From Candidatus Moraniibacteriota bacterium (GTDB lineage Bacteria; Patescibacteriota; Minisyncoccia; Moranbacterales; GCA-2747515), in the NCBI GenBank assembly GCA_018401135.1, contig JAGYLL010000003.1:1-43446 (forward strand): a stretch of 43,446 nucleotides of DNA. The letters run 5' to 3'. The position numbers and the translations under genes were made by a program. The notes under the pieces are model-generated. The model was given only the letters and a program-made list of their open reading frames with translations. It did no database searches and was not told where the DNA came from. Numbering within the stretch: the first letter of the stretch is position 1; every line of letters begins with the position of its first letter. This document shows, in pieces, positions 18,184 through 26,572 of the stretch.

Positions 18184-19203
18184 ATGGAAAATATTGCAAA
18201 AAATATCGAAAAAGATCTCGACGAAGTTCGTTCTCTGGAAGATCTTGAACGTGTTCGCATTACGTATCTTGGAAGGAAATCTTTTCTTTCTGAAAACTTA
18301 CGTTTATTAGGAAAGATGACACCCGAAGAGAGAAAAGAACAAGGACCAAAGCTCCAAGCTATTAAAGAACATATAACGCGAACTCTTGATGAGAAAAAAT
18401 ATGCTCTTGAACAAACTTCTTTTGATTGGAAAAAAGACGCACTTGATATAAGTCTTCCCGGTAAAAAATCTCCTATTGGACATTTTCATCCGATAACACA
18501 AACGATTCGTGAAATTGAAGATATTTTTATTTCTATGGGATTTGATATCGCCGATGGACCGGAGATAGAAAATGAATTTTACAATTTTGATGCCCTAAAT
18601 TTTCCCAAGAATCATCCAGCTCGTGATATGCAAGATGCGTATTGGCTTTCTGAAAAAAATGAAAAAGGAGAGAAACTTCTTCCTAGAACGCATACCTCGT
18701 CTGTACAAGTTCGTTATATGCAGGAAAACACCCCTCCGTTTCGGATTATCATTCCAGGAAAAATTTTTCGTCATGAGCCGACAGATGCTTCTCATGAACA
18801 CACGTTCCATCAATTCGAAGCTCTTGTCGTAGGAGATGATGTGAATGTGGCACATTTTAAATACATTGCTCAAGAATTTTTTTCTTCTTTTTTTGATACA
18901 GCCATAGAAATTCGTTTGCGTCCAAGTTTCTTCCCCTTCACTGAACCAAGTTTCGAATTTGATATTAGTTGTGCGGTATGTGAGGGGAAGGGATGTAGTG
19001 TATGTAAGCGTACGGGATGGATTGAAGTGGGGGGTGCTGGTATGGTGAATCAAGAAGTTTTTGTCTTAGCTGGGTATAAAGAGAATTTTTATAGAGGATT
19101 TGCATGGGGTTTTGGTGTTGAGCGATTGGCTATGATGAAATATAAGATTGATGATATACGATTATTCCATTCGGGTGATCTGCGATTTATACGACAATTT
19201 TAA
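18184..19203 (+). CDS. pheS: Phenylalanine--tRNA ligase alpha subunit
   Basis: HPARDMQD, RTHTSSVQ, FFPFTEPS, CxxC-CxxC, GFAWGFGVERL. Confidence 0.97.
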   Translation: MENIAKNIEKDLDEVRSLEDLERVRITYLGRKSFLSENLRLLGKMTPEERKEQGPKLQAIKEHITRTLDEKKYALEQTSFDWKKDALDISLPGKKSPIGHFHPITQTIREIEDIFISMGFDIADGPEIENEFYNFDALNFPKNHPARDMQDAYWLSEKNEKGEKLLPRTHTSSVQVRYMQENTPPFRIIIPGKIFRHEPTDASHEHTFHQFEALVVGDDVNVAHFKYIAQEFFSSFFDTAIEIRLRPSFFPFTEPSFEFDISCAVCEGKGCSVCKRTGWIEVGGAGMVNQEVFVLAGYKENFYRGFAWGFGVERLAMMKYKIDDIRLFHSGDLRFIRQF

Positions 19204-19228
19204 TATATTTTTTTAAAAGAAGCCTTCT

Positions 19229-21643
19229 ATGAAATATTGTGTATCTTGGCTTAATGAATTAGCACATACTCACCTTAGCGCAGAAGAAATGGCAGAGCTT
19301 TTTACTAGGCATAGTTTTGAGGTAGATGGAATAGAGAAAATAAAGAGCGCTCCCTCTGGTGTAGTTGTGGGAAAGATTCTTGATATTTCTCTACATCCCA
19401 ATGCTGATAAACTTCAATGTACAAAAGTAACGATTGACCCACAAGAAAAAGAAATACTTACTATTGTCTGTGGAGCAAAAAATATTACAGTGGGTGATAT
19501 TGTTCCTGTGGCAACAGTGGGAACGAAGCTTGAAGAAGATTGTCTTATTACGAAGTCAACTATTCGAGGAGAATTGTCAGAAGGGATGTTGTGTGCCGAA
19601 GACGAACTTGGTTTGGGAAAAGATCATAGTGGTATACTTCAACTTGATAAAGAGATACCGATAGGCACGTCTCTTGTGGAAGTATTTGGACAAGGAGATG
19701 AAGTAATCGAATTAGATATTCTTGCCAGTCGTGGACGAGACGCACTTTCTCATATCGGGATTGCACGAGAACTTTCGGCTATTACGGGAGGGGAGAATTT
19801 GGGAGAAAATCGAGGAGAAAATACACCACCTTCTCTTTCTGGTGAAAAGGAAAATAAAGAAAGTGAAAAAATACACATAAACATAGAAAGTAAAAAACTT
19901 TCTAAGCGATATATGGGGGTGCTTTTGAAATCTGTCAATAATACTGCTCAGACACCTGATTGGATGATGCGAAGACTTCGTGCTTGTGGCGTACACTCTA
20001 TTAATATTGCAACAGATATTACCAATTACGTTATGCTTGAGACGGGACAACCACTTCATGCTTTTGATGCGAAAAAAATAGGCGACGTATCCCAAAAAAT
20101 TTCTCTCCAGATACGAAAGGGGAGAAAGGGAGAAAGACTTTCACTTCTAGATGGAAAAGAAGTTGAAGTTAATGAAAATGATATTGTTATTGCCAATGAT
20201 CAAGAAGTACTTGCTCTGGCTGGAGTTATGGGTGGCAAAACGAGTGGCACGAGTAAAGAAACATCGAGTGTTTTTTTAGAAAGTGCATGGTTTGATCCTA
20301 TTTCTATTCGCAAAACAAGAATGCGACATAAGATAATCACAGAGAGCTCGTATCGATTTGAGCGCGATATAGATCCTGAGGGCGTGAGTTTAGCAGTGGC
20401 GCGAGCCATCGAACTTTTTAAAAAGTATGCTGGAGCACATATTGAAGAAGAAAAAGATCTCTACCTTGAAAAAGAAAAGTCAGTAGCGGTGATTCTTCCT
20501 TATTATGAAATACAAAGTCTTTTGGGCGTGAGTATTCCTTTGGAAAAAGTTGTATCTATTTTGAAACTCCTTTCGTTTAAAGTTCGTCAAGATGGGGAGA
20601 TACTCTCTGTGTATGTCCCGAGTTTTCGTAAAGATATTCGCACGTTTCAATATATTATAGAGGAGGTAGGACGTTTGTATGGCTATGATCATATACAACC
20701 ACAAGCTTTAATAACACCACTGCGAGCATCTCGAGAAAACAGCTCTCATAAAATAGTTCGTCTTATGGGGAATGCTCTTACGGGATGTGGCTTTGATGAG
20801 ATTATGACGTATTCTTTTTATGGAGATGAAACGGTAAAACTTTTTGGTCTTGAAAAAGAAAGTCATTTTACACTTCTTAATCCACTAAGTCCTGATCAAA
20901 AATATTTTCGGTCAAAAATACTCCCTAATATGCTCAAAGCAGTACCTGCAAATATCAAAAGATTTGAGAATATAAATATTTTCGAAATAGGAAAGGTGTA
21001 TGAGCGAGAAGATGATGGAAGTGTGAAGGAATATCAACGTTTGGGTATAATCTCTTCTCAGGCAAAAAAAGAAAAAAAAGGAGAAACGTTATTGAGACTT
21101 AAAGGGACTATTGAGAGCATACTCTTCTCACTTTTTGGACAGTATCCTGATGTTTCTCCTATTGAATTTGAGAAAGGATTGGAGTATTTTCATAGATCAC
21201 AAAGTATGGATGTTTCTCTTGATGGTGTTTTGATAGGATTTGTGGGAACCTTGCATCCTTCTATAACAAAAAAAATGAAACTCCCTGAGCAAACAGCGGT
21301 AGCTTCTTTGGACAGAGATGCTTTGGCATTTCTCTTTGAGAGAGAATCTCGCTATTATACCCCGCTTGAACGATTTCCTTCAGTATTTCGAGACATTTCT
21401 ATGAAAGTTCCGTATGAGATTACAGCCAAAGAAGTTGAAGATGCTATCAGAGAGATAATTGATAAAGAGCATCTCCAATCACTGGAACTTTTTGATGTTT
21501 TTGAAAAAGAAGAAGAAAAAAACTTTGCCTATCATTTGGAATTTAACTCAAGGCAGAGGACGCTTACAGGAAAAGAAATTGATGATAGTATGGAGAGGGT
21601 CTTCGAGAAACTAGATTCGTTGGGGATAGAAATACGAAAATAA
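19229..21643 (+). CDS. pheT: Phenylalanine--tRNA ligase beta subunit
   Basis: HPNADKL, IVCGA, SEGMLC, TNYVMLETGQPLHAFD, SSYRFER, EEVGRLYGYD, C-terminal FDX-ACB domain. Confidence 0.97.
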   Translation: MKYCVSWLNELAHTHLSAEEMAELFTRHSFEVDGIEKIKSAPSGVVVGKILDISLHPNADKLQCTKVTIDPQEKEILTIVCGAKNITVGDIVPVATVGTKLEEDCLITKSTIRGELSEGMLCAEDELGLGKDHSGILQLDKEIPIGTSLVEVFGQGDEVIELDILASRGRDALSHIGIARELSAITGGENLGENRGENTPPSLSGEKENKESEKIHINIESKKLSKRYMGVLLKSVNNTAQTPDWMMRRLRACGVHSINIATDITNYVMLETGQPLHAFDAKKIGDVSQKISLQIRKGRKGERLSLLDGKEVEVNENDIVIANDQEVLALAGVMGGKTSGTSKETSSVFLESAWFDPISIRKTRMRHKIITESSYRFERDIDPEGVSLAVARAIELFKKYAGAHIEEEKDLYLEKEKSVAVILPYYEIQSLLGVSIPLEKVVSILKLLSFKVRQDGEILSVYVPSFRKDIRTFQYIIEEVGRLYGYDHIQPQALITPLRASRENSSHKIVRLMGNALTGCGFDEIMTYSFYGDETVKLFGLEKESHFTLLNPLSPDQKYFRSKILPNMLKAVPANIKRFENINIFEIGKVYEREDDGSVKEYQRLGIISSQAKKEKKGETLLRLKGTIESILFSLFGQYPDVSPIEFEKGLEYFHRSQSMDVSLDGVLIGFVGTLHPSITKKMKLPEQTAVASLDRDALAFLFERESRYYTPLERFPSVFRDISMKVPYEITAKEVEDAIREIIDKEHLQSLELFDVFEKEEEKNFAYHLEFNSRQRTLTGKEIDDSMERVFEKLDSLGIEIRK

Positions 21644-21695
21644 CACAAAAAAATGTTTTTTGAAAAAAATGAAAAGAGTTATACTCAGGAGAACA

Positions 21696-21724
21696 TTGAC
21701 AAAATTATATAAATGTGATATATT
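21696..21724 (+). promoter_or_regulatory. Sigma70 promoter of rnpB
   Basis: TTGACA-17 bp-TATATT with TG extended -10. Confidence 0.8.
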
Positions 21725-21745
21725 CCAAAGGATTTTTGTGGAAAG

Positions 21746-22168
21746 ATATATCAAAACAAGTTCTGTGATCGCTTTTTTTTAGAAATAAAAGAAAGAGGAA
21801 AGTCCGGACATTCAGTTATTATGTATATAATAACAAAAGTAGCGGGTAATGCCCGTCTGTCGCAAGACACGAGGTGCGAGCAGAGACGTCTTGTTTTGCA
21901 AAAAACAAGACATCCTATCTTGTATAGGATGAGCTCTCTATGTAAATAGAGAGGTGAAACGGCTAAATCCTTACTCGAATGCAAGACCGTGTTCCACACT
22001 TTCTTTGTAATGAAAAATTTATTACAAAGAAAGTGTGGAAAGAGTCGCTTCTTCCTTTGGGAAGAGATCGTATTGGCAACAATACGGCAAGATAAATGAT
22101 CACTATGTTTACTATTTTAGGATGTTGAACAGAAACAGAATCCGGCTTATGCACTTGTTTTGATATAT
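21746..22168 (+). ncRNA. rnpB: RNase P RNA
   Basis: Conserved GAGGAAAGTCCGG and ACAGAATCCGGCTTAT (P4), GTGAAAC, GCAAG, AGATAAATGATC; 16-bp P1 ATATATCAAAACAAGT/ACTTGTTTTGATATAT. Confidence 0.95.
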
Positions 22169-22221
22169 ATTTCCATATGAAATAGCGAGGATATGTGCTT
22201 TTGATTCGATGATAAAAATCT

Positions 22222-23643
22222 ATGAAACGATCAGAACTTTTTTTTAGTGGTATCCAGGTTCCAGTTGATTTTTTTATGATGATTTTGGCTGCAACTACAG
22301 CCTATTGGATTCGAAATATACCCGAAGCCCTTCTTTTTAATAATCGCTTATACGAATTTTCTTACGGAGATTATATCAAAGTGATGCTTATTATCATACC
22401 TTTTCTTCTTGTTATATTTGCTTTTGAGGGTTTGTATAATATCCGAACAACGAGAAAATTTTGGAGAGAAGCATGGCGTGTTTTCCGTGCTTTGAGTATT
22501 GGTTTAGTTATCATTATCGTTGTCATATTTTTGCAAAATGAATGGTTTGCTTCACGATTTATCATTCTCGCTTCGTGGATTTTTGCAACTTTGTATGTTG
22601 TTCTCGGGAGGTCATTCCTTCTTTTTGCTCAGCGTTGGCTTTTGATTACAAAAGGAATTGGTGTTCATCGCGTTCTTCTTATAAACGGAAGTAAAAAAAC
22701 AAAGTTTTTTCATCGTTTTTTACAAAAGATGCCCAAGCTTGGATATAAAGTAGTTGACATTACTCAGATGATAGACTTGCAGAAGATAAAGGAGATACGA
22801 AAGCATAAAGGTGTTGATGAGATCATTCTTTGTGATCCAAGTGCTCCTGATGATCTCCAAGAGAAACTTATTGACTATTGTTCTATCCACAATATTGCCT
22901 ATAGCTACATTCCAACAAGTATGCAGGCTTCAAAAATTCAAATACGCACACTTGGGGGAGAGCCTCTTTTTGAAGTTGCTCACACACCATTAGATGGTTG
23001 GGGAAAAATTCTCAAGAGGTCATTTGATATAGCAGGATCGTTAGGACTTATTTTTATAACCGCTCCTATAATGTTTTTCATAGCGATTCTTATAAAATGG
23101 GAAGATCCTAGTGGTCCAATAATTTTCAAAAACGAACGAATCGGTGCTGATGGAAAGAAATTTTTTCTGTATAAATTTCGTTATATGAAATGGAAATATA
23201 GTACATCAAGAGAAAACCCTGATTACAAAGAAGCACTTGCTTTTGAGAAAAAACTTATCGAGGAGAGAAATACAAGAAAAGGGCCTATTTACAAAATAAA
23301 AGATGATCCTCGAAAAACTTCTATTGGAAAACGTATTGAGAAGTATTCTCTTGATGAACTCCCTCAGTTTTTTAATGTTTTACGAGGAGATATGAGTTTG
23401 GTTGGCCCACGTCCCCATCAAGAGCGTGAGGTTGAAAAATATCGAGAATACCATCGTCGTCTCCTTACGATAAAACCAGGAATAACGGGAATGGCTCAAG
23501 TTTCTGGTCGAAGTGATTTGGACTTTGAAGATGAATATCGATTTGATCTTTTTTATATTGAAAACTGGTCGTTGCCTCTTGATATCACTCTTTGTTTTAA
23601 AACAGTAGGAGTTTTGGCGGGTAAAAGGAAAAATCATTCTTAA
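22222..23643 (+). CDS. Polyprenyl-phosphate glycosylphosphotransferase (WcaJ/WbaP/CpsE family)
   Basis: Four N-terminal TM helices, KRSFDI, KFRYM, DDPR, SLDELPQFFNVLRGDMSLVGPRP, KPGITGMAQV. Confidence 0.93.
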   Translation: MKRSELFFSGIQVPVDFFMMILAATTAYWIRNIPEALLFNNRLYEFSYGDYIKVMLIIIPFLLVIFAFEGLYNIRTTRKFWREAWRVFRALSIGLVIIIVVIFLQNEWFASRFIILASWIFATLYVVLGRSFLLFAQRWLLITKGIGVHRVLLINGSKKTKFFHRFLQKMPKLGYKVVDITQMIDLQKIKEIRKHKGVDEIILCDPSAPDDLQEKLIDYCSIHNIAYSYIPTSMQASKIQIRTLGGEPLFEVAHTPLDGWGKILKRSFDIAGSLGLIFITAPIMFFIAILIKWEDPSGPIIFKNERIGADGKKFFLYKFRYMKWKYSTSRENPDYKEALAFEKKLIEERNTRKGPIYKIKDDPRKTSIGKRIEKYSLDELPQFFNVLRGDMSLVGPRPHQEREVEKYREYHRRLLTIKPGITGMAQVSGRSDLDFEDEYRFDLFYIENWSLPLDITLCFKTVGVLAGKRKNHS

Positions 23644-23653
23644 ATGTATACCT

Positions 23654-24037
23654 ATGTTTATCTTTCGTTGGTTTTCTCTGGCATTTCTTTTCTTTATTAT
23701 TTCTCAATATGTTCCTGGTATTGATGTAGCAAGTTTTTATGTTGCTCTTGTTTTGGCTTTTTTTTGGGGAATTATCAATGTCACCCTCAAACCCATACTT
23801 ATCTTTCTTACCCTTCCTATAACTATTTTGACACTTGGACTTTTTACCTTTGTCATTAACGGATTTCTTTTTTGGTTCCTTTCTACGTTTATAAAGGGTT
23901 TTTATGTAGAAAGCTTTTTCTCTGCTTTTTTGGGAGCGCTTTTGCTTTCTCTAGGAAGTGCTATTATTAATTACTTTCTGAAGAAATCTCAAGAGGATAC
24001 GTATAAAAGTAAAGATCGAAAAGATTTTTTGAGATAA
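23654..24037 (+). CDS. YvlD/phage holin family 4 membrane protein
   Basis: Four TM helices with KPILIFLTLPITILTLGLFTFVING signature. Confidence 0.88.
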   Translation: MFIFRWFSLAFLFFIISQYVPGIDVASFYVALVLAFFWGIINVTLKPILIFLTLPITILTLGLFTFVINGFLFWFLSTFIKGFYVESFFSAFLGALLLSLGSAIINYFLKKSQEDTYKSKDRKDFLR

Positions 24038-24069
24038 GGTGTTCGTTTTTTTGGTAATATACAAAGAGT

Positions 24070-24786
24070 ATGTCTACATTAGTTCTTGATATTGAAACAG
24101 TGGGAGAGTCTTTTGATGCTATGGATACTTCTACACAGGAAGTTATGACACGATGGATTGATCGTGATACCAGTGATAAACAAGAAAAAGAAGAGCTTCT
24201 TCGTTATCTCAAAGAGGGTATGGGGTTTTCTCCTCTTACAGGAGAAATTGTCGCTATAGGAGTTTTAGATGTAGAGCGAAAAAAATCTGTTGTTTATTTT
24301 CAAGCACCAGGAGAAACGTATGGAGAATTTGAAGAAAATGGCGTTACCTATAAACAAATGAATGAACCAGAAATGCTTTTGCATTTTTGGAAAGGCGTTG
24401 ATCAGTATTCGGAGCTCGTTACGTTTAATGGTCGAGCGTTCGATGTTCCTTTTTTGATGATTCGAAGCGCTCTTCACAAAATTCGTCCCAGTAAAAACTT
24501 TCTTTCCAATCGGTACAGGGGATTACAGGTTAATACTGCCAAGCATATAGATCTTCAGGAAGAATTAACTTTTTATGGTGCTATGAGGCGTCGAGGATCT
24601 CTTCATCTGTGGTGTAGAGCTTTTGGTATCAAGAGCCCGAAAGTCGAGGGTGTTTCTGGTGATGATGTTGCAAGACTTTTTGCTGAGAAAAAATACAAGG
24701 ATATTGCCAGGTATAATGTGAGGGATATAGAGGCAACGAGAGATCTTTATATGTATTGGAATGATTATTTACGATTTGATCGATAG
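24070..24786 (+). CDS. DEDD 3'-5' exonuclease (RNase H-like, PolB exonuclease-related)
   Basis: ExoI VLDIET, ExoII VTFNGRAFDVPFL, HIDL, ExoIII YNVRD. Confidence 0.85.
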   Translation: MSTLVLDIETVGESFDAMDTSTQEVMTRWIDRDTSDKQEKEELLRYLKEGMGFSPLTGEIVAIGVLDVERKKSVVYFQAPGETYGEFEENGVTYKQMNEPEMLLHFWKGVDQYSELVTFNGRAFDVPFLMIRSALHKIRPSKNFLSNRYRGLQVNTAKHIDLQEELTFYGAMRRRGSLHLWCRAFGIKSPKVEGVSGDDVARLFAEKKYKDIARYNVRDIEATRDLYMYWNDYLRFDR

Positions 24787-24796
24787 AAAAAACTTT

Positions 24797-25390
24797 ATGA
24801 ATATGAATGTTGAATTTATTAAGGGTATTATTGGGACAGATCCCATCATAACGGATACAAAACCACAGATTGTTTTTATTGGACGTTCTAATGTAGGAAA
24901 ATCGAGTGTTATTAATACTCTTGTGGGAGAAAAAATAGCGCGCTCAAGTTCTACTCCAGGGAAAACGCGAGAAATAAATTTTTTCCTTGTTAAAAAGAAA
25001 AAATATCTTGTAGATCTTCCTGGATATGGGTATGCGAAAGTTTCTGAAAAGCATAGAGAGAAATTAAAAAAACATATCCTTTGGTATATGTTTGAATCAG
25101 GAGCGCCTATACATCGTATTATTCTTATCGTAGATACTCGAGTAGGGATTACTGCCTTTGATGAAGAAATTTTACGAGCTTTATTTGATCACGAGATTCC
25201 TGTTACGCTTGTTGCCAATAAAATTGATAAACTTACCCAAAAAGAAATGCACCTCGCTCGAACTCGTTTTGAAAAACAAGGCTTAAAAAAAGAAGATATT
25301 ATTTGGATGAGTGCAAAAACAGGAAAGGGAAAAGGTGATTTACGACTATTTCTTGAGATGGAATTTGGAAAAGAAAAAAAGCTTTCGTAA
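24797..25390 (+). CDS. engB: Ribosome biogenesis GTPase EngB/YihA/YsxC
   Basis: GRSNVGKSS, PGKTR, DLPGYG, NKID. Confidence 0.95.
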   Translation: MNMNVEFIKGIIGTDPIITDTKPQIVFIGRSNVGKSSVINTLVGEKIARSSSTPGKTREINFFLVKKKKYLVDLPGYGYAKVSEKHREKLKKHILWYMFESGAPIHRIILIVDTRVGITAFDEEILRALFDHEIPVTLVANKIDKLTQKEMHLARTRFEKQGLKKEDIIWMSAKTGKGKGDLRLFLEMEFGKEKKLS

Positions 25391-25398
25391 AAGCTTTT
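25377..25398. terminator. Short inverted repeat at the convergent gene junction
   Basis: AAAAGCTTT-cgta-AAAGCTTTT spanning the engB stop codon. Confidence 0.4.
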
Positions 25399-25673
25399 CA
25401 AATTTCCAAACGTCGGAGAAGTTCTTTTTTCTTTTCAAGAACTTTCTTCCTAAATTTCTTTTGGCGATCTCCCTTGAGGCGCATTCTTGGCGGGTTGAGA
25501 GATCTTTTGAATTCTTGGAGAGCCCTTTTGTCTCCCAATCGAACTTTTTTTATGAGCTCCTCAAGTTCGATATTTTTTGAGGTGTCTCCAAAGAGCTCTT
25601 TTCTTAAGGAATAATAGTCTTTGAGGAAAATATCCCACTTTTCTTGGTTTCCCATACAATACTCCTTGAGCAT
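25398..25673 (-). CDS. Small basic hypothetical protein
   Basis: 91 aa, Lys/Arg-rich; minus-strand promoter TGGACA-17 bp-TG.TAAAAT (25717-25689) directly upstream. Confidence 0.55.
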   Translation of the reverse strand: MLKEYCMGNQEKWDIFLKDYYSLRKELFGDTSKNIELEELIKKVRLGDKRALQEFKRSLNPPRMRLKGDRQKKFRKKVLEKKKELLRRLEI

Positions 25674-25799
25674 CGTCGGTAATTTATAATTTTAGCATAT
25701 TTTAGGGGAAATGTCCAGTATTGTACAGTATAATTTGTATAAAACTTTATTTCTATAGAGTAAATGGGGAATTCTTCATATTTTTCTTTTTGCAGAGTA

Positions 25800-25839
25800 A
25801 AAGAAAAACCCTTGGTCGCTACGTGGTAGCTTCCAAGGG
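25800..25839 (-). terminator. GC-rich hairpin plus T tract (terminator and/or DGR-type target-site hairpin)
   Basis: Minus strand CCCTTGG-aa-GCTAC-cac-GTAGC-ga-CCAAGGG-TTTTTCTTTT, about 40 nt downstream of the stop codon at 25881. Confidence 0.7.
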
Positions 25840-25880
25840 CTTGGATGTGTCCAAAGGAGTTCCAGTGGACGGGAAAGGGG

Positions 25881-26399
25881 CTAGAGCATTACACCGGGGC
25901 AGATGATTTGGATTCCAGGGAACCAACAAGAACCACCCCTGTTGTCAAGTCTCCCGCCGCAGATGCTCCAGTAACGGTCATCGGAGTCCCAGCTGACACT
26001 CATGATGAAGACTTTACCGTTTTTTTCTTTTACGTAGAAGATATTCGCGTAGCCGTTGTTGAGGAGTAAACCCAACTTGCCGTTGGGTTGTGCTTCGATC
26101 AGGCTTGCGATGTCTTCCATTGTGGACAGGCGCGTCTCCGCCGGCAACTCCTTGTAGATGTCTTTATCGTAGGCTCTTTCCTTGAGGATTAAGACCACAT
26201 AGGGACGTTCGGGAGCTGAATTTACCGTCTGCCTGGCAGAGAGGTCGAGGCGGTCTGCGAACGAGTTGTCGACGTAAAGGCCAGTGCGGGTCTGGTAGAA
26301 CGCCGAAGCATTGAAGTGCTCTGTTCGCGCTGGGACGATCGCTTGAGCAATAGGTTTGAGAAGCGAAGTTTCTGAAAGTATCTGGTTACTTGTTGTCAT
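25881..26399 (-). CDS. Hypothetical protein resembling CPR DGR target (variable) proteins
   Basis: 172 aa, GC about 50-58% in counted lines; LLNNGYANIFYV followed by a V-x-W...W-x-I...W...Q-I-I-C-P-G C-terminus dominated by NNC/NNT codons; own promoter and downstream hairpin. Confidence 0.7.
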   Translation of the reverse strand: MTTSNQILSETSLLKPIAQAIVPARTEHFNASAFYQTRTGLYVDNSFADRLDLSARQTVNSAPERPYVVLILKERAYDKDIYKELPAETRLSTMEDIASLIEAQPNGKLGLLLNNGYANIFYVKEKNGKVFIMSVSWDSDDRYWSICGGRLDNRGGSCWFPGIQIICPGVML

Positions 26400-26480
26400 C
26401 TCATACTCTCTTTCTTTGTCAAAGAAAATCTTCTATTGCCGAGGACTGAGGCAGTCGCACGTCTTTGCTTGCGACTTATC

Positions 26481-26508
26481 ATTAAATCTTTTTTTGACTC
26501 TGTGTCAA
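26481..26508 (-). promoter_or_regulatory. Promoter of the DGR-target-like gene
   Basis: Minus strand TTGACA-16 bp-TTTAAT followed by a structured leader of about 75 nt. Confidence 0.5.
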
Positions 26509-26572
26509 TGTCTTTATTGAAAAAAATTGAGAGTCTTTGAAAAAACAGAGGCGTGGCGCGATGTAGGGTGCT

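Noticed and set aside
21751-22154. Two minus-strand ORFs
   Set aside because: Antisense to the RNase P RNA gene.
23654-24786. Holin-family gene plus exonuclease as a prophage remnant
   Set aside because: YvlD-type proteins and stand-alone DEDD exonucleases are common chromosomal genes; no integrase, structural or lysin genes; composition matches the host.
25674-26572. Complete DGR (template repeat, avd, reverse transcriptase) in the window
   Set aside because: No AAC-rich near-copy of the putative VR and no RT-like ORF seen; only the target-like gene is supported.
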